This document shows, piece after piece, positions 24,389-30,461 of a stretch of DNA of 30,461 bases (its first letter is position 1; each line of letters opens with the position of its first letter). The stretch covers positions 1 through 30,461 of the forward strand of contig DATEPR010000191.1 in assembly GCA_035273045.1 (NCBI GenBank). Reading direction: 5' to 3'. Position numbers and translations under genes: made by a program. The notes beneath the pieces are model-generated. The model had not been told where the DNA came from. It searched no databases and saw only the letters and a program-made list of their open reading frames with translations. Source of the stretch: Pseudonocardiaceae bacterium. GTDB taxonomy: Bacteria; Actinomycetota; Actinomycetes; Mycobacteriales; Pseudonocardiaceae.

Positions 24389-26819
24389 TCGTCACGGGCG
24401 CGCTCTGCGGATGTGGCAGAGCGCGCCGCTGAACCGAGGTTGCTGCGGTCTCAGTCGTGAGGCGCGGCTGGTTGGTGTCGTGTGGGCGGTGGGTATTGGT
24501 GCGGCAGCCTGGTGTGTGGGCACGGCGCTTGTCATTTTGTCGACAATCATCTTCGTGGTCGCTCATACCGTGGGTCCGTCGTTGGCCGGCGCCCACCTGG
24601 ACAGTCGTCTCCTCGGTGCCCAGGTAGGGGTGGCTCGCCGACAGCACCACCTGGCCGGTCAGCCCACGGATCGTGCGCAGCCACACGGCCCCGGCGCCGC
24701 CGGCTGCCGCGAAGTCGAACGGGTTGTCGCCGATCAGCACGGCCGGCCCGGTGATGGCGAACGTCACCGGGCCGCTGACGTACGGGCGTGGCGCGCCGTA
24801 CCGGTCGACGGCCCGCACCACGACCCGCGTCGCGTCGGCGCCGTCGGCCATCAGTGTGTCGTCGTCGGCCGCGCAGGACAGCCCGTCCAGCGTCGGGTCG
24901 GCGCTGAAGTTCCTGCGCAGCACCATGCGTTCACCGACATAGCCGTCGATTCGCAGGTCCGGGTGTCCGTGGTGGACGGTCAGGTCGGTGAACCCCGGCT
25001 CGATCACCGGACGAATCGAAGGGTACACTTGGGACTGATAGAAGGCCGCGTCCAGCTTGGGAATCCGGATTACGTCGACGACGCCGGGGTACTTCACGCC
25101 GTCCGCCGAGTGGTACCAGCCGGACGGGTAGTCGAAACCGCACCACGCCAGCAGGCCGCAGTAGCGCGGATCGGCGGCCGCCCGCTCGTGCACCCAGGCG
25201 TGCAGCAGCGCCTGGTCCGCCTGCACGGCGACCGGGTCTACCCGGCGGTAGTGCGGGTGCCCGACCAGCGACCCGATGGCCTCGCTCACCAGGTACGGCA
25301 CGCCCGTCCTCGGCGGCCGCAGGGTGGGCGCGGCGGCCGGCGACCGTAGCGGGCTGTAGTCGTTGAAGGAGAACACCGACGAGCCGCCGGCCGTGGTCGG
25401 GTACAGCGGTTCGGTGTAGCCGCGCCGGCCGGCCACCGCGCCGGTGCACGGCCGGGACGGGTCGAGCCGCTGGGCGAGCAGGTCGGTGCGCTCGTACAGG
25501 GTCAACTGGCCCAGCGTCTCGTTCACCCTGGTGCCCCACACGATCACCGACGGCCGGTTGCGGTCCCGCACCACCATGTCGTGCACGTCGGCCAGCGCCC
25601 TGTCCCGCCACGTCACGTCGCCGACGTAGTCCCAGCCGGGAATCTCCTCCCACACCATGATGCCCAGTTCGTCACATGCGTCCAGAAACGCCGTCGACTG
25701 CGGATAGTGCGAACAGCGCACCATGGTGCAGTTCAGTTCGTGCTTCAGCAGTTCGGCGTCCCTGCGCTGCACCCGGTCCGGCATGGCGCCGCCGACGTAG
25801 GGGTACCACTGGTGCCGGTTCACCCCGAACAGCGTCAGCGGCCTGCCGTTGAGGTAGCAGCCGTCCTCGGTGAACAAGGCTTCCCGGAACCCGGTGCGGA
25901 CCCGGCGGGAGTGCACCTGGCGCCCGCCGACGGACAGCGTCACCAGCACGTCGCACAGCGCCGGGTCGGTCACGTCCCACAGTCGGACCCCGGCCAGCCC
26001 GGTCATGGTCATGGTGACCGCCGTCCGGCCGGCCGCCAGGCCGGTCAGGTCGGTCGACGTGCTCGCCAGCACCGTGCCGTACTGGGACAGCGTCGTCGTC
26101 AGCCGCACCGGGTTCGGCTCGCCGTCCGCCGAGTCGACCTCGCACCGCAGCACGAGGGCGCGGGCGTCGGTGAGCACGTCGACCGGCATCGCGAACACGT
26201 CGTCCAGGTACGTCCTCGGCGTGGCCAGGACCGTTGCCGTCCGGTACATTCCGGCCGGCTGGTAGAAGTCGATCACGGACGGTCGCCGGATGCCCGGTCG
26301 GTCCGGCGGGACGTCCTGCCGCCACCGGCCGTCCACGGTGACCGCGAGCACGTTGCCCTTCGCGGTGAGCAACCCGGTCATCTCACACGTCAGCGGCAGG
26401 TAACCGCCGACGGCCGAACCGATCCGGCGCCCGTTGAGTAACACCTCGACGGCGCTGAGCACGCCCTCCAGCCGCACGAACGCCCGGCCGGCCCGCAGCT
26501 CGTGCGGTGCGTCGAAGTGCTGCCGGTACACCCACAACGTCTCCCATGCCGCCGGCTGCCAGTCCCGCCAGGACAGTGGCGTCACGCAGTGCGGCACGGT
26601 GACCGTGGCGAGCCGGCTGTCGTCGTAGTCGGCGTCGGCGCAGCCGGCCGCGTACTCGCCGAACAGCCACTGGTCGCCGAACGGCCCACTGGCCAGCGGC
26701 GTGGTGGAGCTGAACAGCAACGCCCCCAACGACGTGGCGCTCGCCACGCCGGCACCGAGTCCGATGAGGAATGCGCGGCGGGACGGCCCCGCCGGTCGCC
26801 CGCCGGTCGCGTCGTCCAC
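24357..26819 (-). CDS. GH2 glycoside hydrolase (beta-galactosidase/glucuronidase-like) with Tat signal; possibly degenerate (internal deletion, read-through tail)
   Basis: SRRAFL Tat motif after GTG 26819 (GGAGG SD); GVNRHQ; VRCSHYPQ; RDRNRPSVIVWGTRVNE (acid/base); YLVSEAIG (nucleophile); ADGADATRV Ig domain. Confidence 0.85.
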   Translation of the reverse strand: MDDATGGRPAGPSRRAFLIGLGAGVASATSLGALLFSSTTPLASGPFGDQWLFGEYAAGCADADYDDSRLATVTVPHCVTPLSWRDWQPAAWETLWVYRQHFDAPHELRAGRAFVRLEGVLSAVEVLLNGRRIGSAVGGYLPLTCEMTGLLTAKGNVLAVTVDGRWRQDVPPDRPGIRRPSVIDFYQPAGMYRTATVLATPRTYLDDVFAMPVDVLTDARALVLRCEVDSADGEPNPVRLTTTLSQYGTVLASTSTDLTGLAAGRTAVTMTMTGLAGVRLWDVTDPALCDVLVTLSVGGRQVHSRRVRTGFREALFTEDGCYLNGRPLTLFGVNRHQWYPYVGGAMPDRVQRRDAELLKHELNCTMVRCSHYPQSTAFLDACDELGIMVWEEIPGWDYVGDVTWRDRALADVHDMVVRDRNRPSVIVWGTRVNETLGQLTLYERTDLLAQRLDPSRPCTGAVAGRRGYTEPLYPTTAGGSSVFSFNDYSPLRSPAAAPTLRPPRTGVPYLVSEAIGSLVGHPHYRRVDPVAVQADQALLHAWVHERAAADPRYCGLLAWCGFDYPSGWYHSADGVKYPGVVDVIRIPKLDAAFYQSQVYPSIRPVIEPGFTDLTVHHGHPDLRIDGYVGERMVLRRNFSADPTLDGLSCAADDDTLMADGADATRVVVRAVDRYGAPRPYVSGPVTFAITGPAVLIGDNPFDFAAAGGAGAVWLRTIRGLTGQVVLSASHPYLGTEETTVQVGAGQRRTHGMSDHEDDCRQNDKRRAHTPGCRTNTHRPHDTNQPRLTTETAATSVQRRALPHPQSAPVTISGCRAARGA

Positions 26820-26941
26820 CAGCACCTCCCCGTCAACCCACGCGCGACGACCGCTTGGCGGCGTCCAGATTGCCGGGATGGGTGTGGGGACAGCATGAGC
26901 GAGCCGGCGAGGAACGATCGCGTGCAAGTGTCGGCGGCGCG

Positions 26942-26971
26942 TTGACACCCCTGATCGGCGCCGCAGAGAAT
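26942..26971 (+). promoter_or_regulatory. Promoter of the condensation gene: TTGACA-N18-GAGAAT
   Basis: Consensus -35 at 26942-26947, -10 at 26966-26971, GGGAG SD before ATG 27004. Confidence 0.65.
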
Positions 26972-27003
26972 TCCGTCGCGGAACACGACGGTGGGAGTCC
27001 GGC

Positions 27004-28380
27004 ATGACAGGTCAGATCCTCGTTCCGTTCGATGGAGAGGGTGCTGGCGTCGAGGACCTCACATGGGGGCAGATCGGCTTCTGGCAGGGGATCGCGGAGG
27101 CGGGACGGTCGCTCACCATGGGCGGCGTGACCTCGCTGCCGCCCGGCCTCACCGTCGACGACTTGGCGGAGGCCCTGCGGTTCGCCATGTCACGGCACCA
27201 GTCGCTGCGCACCCGGCTGCGCCTGGACCCGAACGGCGGGCGGCCCAAGCAGGTGTGCTCGTCGTCCGGCGTGGTGCCGATGGAGATCGTGGACGTCGAC
27301 GCGGCAGGCGACCCGGCCGCCGTCGCCGACGAGGTGCTGGCCCGCTACGAGGAGCGGCACTTCGACTACGAACACGAGTGGCCGGTCCGGATGGCGGTGA
27401 TCCGGCACGACGGCCGCATCACCCACGGCGTCGTGATCTACCTGCACACCGCCATCGACGCGGGCGGCCTGGACGTGCTGCTCGCCGACCTGGCCGCCCG
27501 CGACCCGAGGACCGGTGCGGCCAGGGGGCCGGTCACCGCGACGCAGCCGCTGGCCCAGTCCCGGCAGCAGCGCAACGCCGCGGCCCGCCGGACCTGCCAG
27601 TCGTCACTGCGCCACCTGGAACACGTGCTGCGCACGGTCAGCCTGAACCGGTTCGGCGAACCGCGGTACGGCGACGAGCTGGCCATCCGGTTGATCCGCT
27701 ACCACTCGCCGGCGACCGCCCTGGCGGTCACGCGGATCGCGGCGCAGGAGAACGCCAACACGTCGTCGGTGCTGCTGGCCTGTTTCGCCGTGGGCCTGGC
27801 CCGGTTCACCGGCAACAACCCGGTGATGGCCATGGTGCTGGTGAGCAACCGGTTCCGGCCCGGGTTCGCCGAGTCGGTCAGCCCGGTGGTCCAGGTGAGC
27901 CCCTACCTGATCGACGTCGCCGACGTGTCGCTCAGCGAGGCCGTCAGCCGCGCGAAGGTCAGCGTGCTGAACACCTACAAGAACGCCTATTACGATCCCT
28001 ACGAGCAGGACGCCGTCATCGAACGGGTCAACGTGGAACGCGGCGCGGAAGTCGACATGTCGTGTTTCTACAATGACCGCCGCCGAGGTGACCGGGGACC
28101 GGCGGCGGGACCGTTGCCGTCGGCCGCCGACATCACCGCGGCACTGGCCGCCGCGGATTACCGGTGGGAACACGAAGCCGACCCGCCGCGGCGCAAACTC
28201 TACTTCAACGTCGACGATCCGCCGGGCGCCATCGACTTCGCGATGTCCGCGGACACCAGGTACTTCGACGACGACGACATGATCGCCATCGTCCGGGGCG
28301 TCGAAGCCGCCGCCGTGGCGGCCGCGCTGGAGCCGGCCGCGCCGACCGGTGTCCGGACACCGGCGTCGATTCGGCTCTGA
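27004..28380 (+). CDS. Stand-alone NRPS-type condensation-domain protein, 458 aa
   Basis: LTWGQIGFW (C1-like), RHQSLRTR (C2), FDYEHEWPVR, active-site variant YLHTAIDAGG (HHxxxDG-like), SNRFRPGFAESVSP. No A or T domain. Confidence 0.85.
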   Translation: MTGQILVPFDGEGAGVEDLTWGQIGFWQGIAEAGRSLTMGGVTSLPPGLTVDDLAEALRFAMSRHQSLRTRLRLDPNGGRPKQVCSSSGVVPMEIVDVDAAGDPAAVADEVLARYEERHFDYEHEWPVRMAVIRHDGRITHGVVIYLHTAIDAGGLDVLLADLAARDPRTGAARGPVTATQPLAQSRQQRNAAARRTCQSSLRHLEHVLRTVSLNRFGEPRYGDELAIRLIRYHSPATALAVTRIAAQENANTSSVLLACFAVGLARFTGNNPVMAMVLVSNRFRPGFAESVSPVVQVSPYLIDVADVSLSEAVSRAKVSVLNTYKNAYYDPYEQDAVIERVNVERGAEVDMSCFYNDRRRGDRGPAAGPLPSAADITAALAAADYRWEHEADPPRRKLYFNVDDPPGAIDFAMSADTRYFDDDDMIAIVRGVEAAAVAAALEPAAPTGVRTPASIRL

Positions 28381-28548
28381 ACGTTCCGCGCGCATTGTCG
28401 CGGCACCTTCGCGCCCGTATTTCCCAAGACGGTTGGGATTGGAGCCACAATGCCGGCTCCGGCTCCCGGAGCTGGTTTACTCGATTCGTTCATCGGGCCC
28501 GGTGAATTGTTCGCCCGTGTCGATTCCGTAGGGAAGGGGGGTGGCATC

Positions 28549-28605
28549 ATGCGCAGGTCGGTCAAGTCGTTCCGCACGGTGATCAAGCGCACGGAGATCA
28601 AGTAA
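28549..28605 (+). CDS. Putative 18-aa cationic micropeptide MRRSVKSFRTVIKRTEIK
   Basis: All 18 codons end in G/C amid an AT-richer intergenic region. AAGGGGGGTG SD-like tract upstream; TAA stop; hairpin downstream. Below the ORF-track cutoff. Confidence 0.6.
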   Translation: MRRSVKSFRTVIKRTEIK

Positions 28606-28624
28606 CGAGCTTCCCACACGGATG

Positions 28625-28660
28625 GGCGGGGGTGGCGGCACCGTGACTGCCACCCCCGTT
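28625..28660 (+). terminator. GC-rich hairpin after the micropeptide ORF (terminator or RNA stabiliser)
   Basis: CGGGGGTGGCGG (28627-28638) pairs with CTGCCACCCCCG (28647-28658): 12-bp stem with one G-U pair, 8-nt loop. Confidence 0.7.
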
Positions 28661-28680
28661 GGGTGTCCTAGGCTCGGGCG

Positions 28681-29142
28681 ATGGCCACCGAGATCGAACG
28701 CAAGTTCCTGGTCGCGCTCGACTGGTCACCGGGCGAACTGGACCCGACCCCGGTCCGCCAGGGCTACCTGACCGACAACGGTGCCGGCACCGAGATCCGG
28801 GTGCGCGCGCACGGCCAGCGGCGCCTGATGACCGTGAAGCGCCGCCGCTCGTCGGCCGGCGCCGCGGTGCGGGACGAGATCGAGTTCGCCGTCCCCGACC
28901 AAGTCTTCGACGAGCTCTGGCTGCTCACCGAGGGCCAGCGGGTGGCGAAGCTCCGTTACGCGGTGCCGCTCGGCGAGTTGCAGGCGACCGTGGACGTGTA
29001 CGCCGACCGCAACGACGGCCTCCGCGTCGTCGAGGTGGAGTTCCCCAGCGAGCAGGCCGCGGCCGAGTTCACGCCGCCCGAATGGTTCGGTCCGGAGGTC
29101 ACCGGAGACCCCCGCTACAGCAACCGCCGCCTCGCCCAGTAG
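28681..29142 (+). CDS. CYTH domain protein (triphosphate tunnel metalloenzyme), probably leaderless
   Basis: EIERKFLV (ExExK), RQGYL, EIRVR, RDEIE, K-R-Y, EVEF, DPRYSN. TAGGCT 6 nt before the ATG. Confidence 0.92.
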   Translation: MATEIERKFLVALDWSPGELDPTPVRQGYLTDNGAGTEIRVRAHGQRRLMTVKRRRSSAGAAVRDEIEFAVPDQVFDELWLLTEGQRVAKLRYAVPLGELQATVDVYADRNDGLRVVEVEFPSEQAAAEFTPPEWFGPEVTGDPRYSNRRLAQ

Positions 29143-29247
29143 CCCTTACCGAACCCGAACACAACGTCGACCTCACGCTCACGCCCGCCTGCCAGCCTCA
29201 TCGTGCAGTGCCCACCACGGGCGCCGACGACGAGGAGGCAACGATCC

Positions 29248-29661
29248 ATGAGCACCAGCCAGTGGGTTCGCCGGGTGGCCGTCACCGGATGCGCGGCCGG
29301 CGTCGGGCTGGCCATCGCCGGTGCCGGCACGGCCAGCGCGCAGGGCGGCCCGACCACGACGGTGCCCGCGCCGATCACCATCAGCTCGGCCCAGGTCGAG
29401 CGGTGGTGCGACCACACGGTGCCGAAACTGACGGCCGAGGTGAGCAAGCTCCTCGGCCGGATCAACGGTGGACCAACCGAGATCGGCTCGACCCGGTGGC
29501 TGCGCGCGCAGGCCGACCGTGCGCGGGCTGACGGTCGCCCGGCGCGGGCGGACATCCTCGACGGCCGCGCCGAACGCCGCACCGGCATCCTCACCATTCT
29601 GGACAGGGTGCGGACCAGGCTGACCGACTTCACCGCCAAGCACTGCGGCGGTGGCCAGTGA
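29248..29661 (+). CDS. Secreted hypothetical protein, 137 aa
   Basis: GAGGAGG SD; signal peptide ending ASA-Q; helical mature part with two Cys (RWCD...KHCG). Confidence 0.75.
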   Translation: MSTSQWVRRVAVTGCAAGVGLAIAGAGTASAQGGPTTTVPAPITISSAQVERWCDHTVPKLTAEVSKLLGRINGGPTEIGSTRWLRAQADRARADGRPARADILDGRAERRTGILTILDRVRTRLTDFTAKHCGGGQ

Positions 29662-29852
29662 GGGCGCGGCTGACCGGCCTGGTGGCCGCGGTCGGCGCCG
29701 CCGTCGTGCTGTGCGCGGGCTGCACGGGCACGTCCGCGCCGGCCGGCCAGGTGACGTCCGGTCCGAATGGCCGGTCGGGTGCCGAGCTGGACCAGATCCA
29801 GTCCACTCTGGACAGCGTGTCGGCGCGGGTGGACGCCGACTCGGCGCCCTGA
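29658..29852 (+). CDS. Small putative lipoprotein, 64 aa
   Basis: GTGA overlap with the upstream stop; lipobox-like LCAGC. Confidence 0.65.
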   Translation: MRARLTGLVAAVGAAVVLCAGCTGTSAPAGQVTSGPNGRSGAELDQIQSTLDSVSARVDADSAP

Positions 29853-29953
29853 TGTGACCCTGACGCGGTTCGCTGGCCGCTGGTGCGACCATGGGCGCCT
29901 GCACAGCCGGCGCGGCCGGCGCTCCAGCAAACCCCGACGGGGAGGTGCCGGCC

Positions 29954-30461
29954 ATGCAGCCGGGCGTGCCGGCCGGCCGAGGGCTGGTCCTCGTGGTCGA
30001 GGACGAGCGGGCCATCGCCGACCTGATCTCGCTGTACCTGCGGCGGGACGGTTTCGGCGTCGAGGTGGCCACGGACGGGCCGGCCGCGCTGGCCGCCGTC
30101 CGTGCCCTGCGGCCGGTGGCGGTCGTGCTGGACGTCGGCCTGCCGGGGATGGACGGCATCGAGGTGTGCCGCGCCATGCGGGCGGCCGACGACTGGACGC
30201 CGGTGCTGTTCGTGACCGCCCGCGACGACGAGATCGACCGGGTGCTCGGCCTGGAGATGGGCGCCGACGATTACCTGACGAAGCCGTTCTCGCCGCGGGA
30301 GCTCGTCGCCCGGGTGAAGACCGTGCTGCGCCGCGCGCATGGTGTGCCGGACGGCGGCCCGGCGCTGCAGGTCGGCCGGATCCGGCTGGAGCCGTCCCAA
30401 CGACGGGTGTACGCCGATGACCGCGAGGTGCCACTGACCGCCACCGAGTTCGACCTGCTGG
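29954..30461 (+). CDS. OmpR/PhoB family response regulator, truncated by the window end
   Basis: LVVEDE, VVLDVGLPGMDG, FVTARDDEIDRVLGLEMGADDYLTKPFSPRELVAR, LTATEFDLL; GGAGG SD. Not in the ORF track. Confidence 0.95.
   Translation, partial: MQPGVPAGRGLVLVVEDERAIADLISLYLRRDGFGVEVATDGPAALAAVRALRPVAVVLDVGLPGMDGIEVCRAMRAADDWTPVLFVTARDDEIDRVLGLEMGADDYLTKPFSPRELVARVKTVLRRAHGVPDGGPALQVGRIRLEPSQRRVYADDREVPLTATEFDLL

Noticed and set aside
18159-26819. Treating the lipase, ABC-2 exporter, DLH, pirin and GH2 as part of a biosynthetic cluster with the condensation gene
   Set aside because: Mixed orientations, independent promoters and common housekeeping-accessory families; nothing in the sequence links them to the C protein.
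26820-27005. 62-aa N-terminal extension of GH2 given by the ORF track
   Set aside because: It overlaps the divergent promoter of the condensation gene; GTG 26819 has a GGAGG SD and places the twin-arginine motif near the N-terminus.
28450-28548. 33-codon N-terminal extension of the micropeptide (51-aa form with a TTA codon)
   Set aside because: About 13 of these codons end in A/T versus none in the last 18, and a hairpin (GGAGCC/GGCTCC, 28441-28460) sequesters its SD and ATG. Kept only as an alternative start.
29155-29195. OmpR-type direct repeats (cacaac / ctcacg / ctcacg) upstream of the secreted protein
   Set aside because: Too short and irregularly spaced to distinguish from background by eye.
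1-30461. rRNA, tRNA, integrase/transposase or IS ends
   Set aside because: No cloverleaf or T-loop signature, rRNA-like tract, DDE or tyrosine recombinase motif, or terminal inverted repeat with target duplication was recognised.

Overview
High-GC actinomycete chromosomal window, leaning Pseudonocardiales-like from gene content (inference). I found about 31 CDS and no rRNA, tRNA, transposase or CRISPR. Left to right: two tandem SAM-dependent methyltransferase paralogs behind an SsuA/NMT1-type ABC binding protein and a fused double permease with no ATPase; a 680-bp palindrome-rich intergenic region; a DinB/mycothiol-transferase-like gene; a fused alpha+beta glycyl-tRNA synthetase followed by tandem and degenerate repeats; a LysE exporter; a LexA-boxed AlkB-like dioxygenase; TetR; a LacI regulator with two operators controlling a Tat-exported GH64 beta-1,3-glucanase; an alpha/beta hydrolase; a second DinB/DUF664 gene; a conservon (cvnA-D) with a membrane-anchor-less kinase and a StyA-like flavin monooxygenase as fifth gene; RDD; lipase; a LolA-like protein + ABC-2 exporter; dienelactone hydrolase; pirin; an apparently damaged Tat-GH2; a stand-alone NRPS-type condensation protein; CYTH; two small exported proteins; and an OmpR-type regulator cut by the window end. 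The best novelty candidate is the orphan condensation enzyme (27004-28380) followed by an 18-codon Lys/Arg-rich micro-ORF too short for the ORF track (28549-28605, MRRSVKSFRTVIKRTEIK). It has fully GC3-biased codons, an SD-like tract and its own downstream hairpin, so it may be a condensation-domain/ribosomal-peptide (RiPP-like) system. All family calls come from motif recognition by eye; no database search was run.
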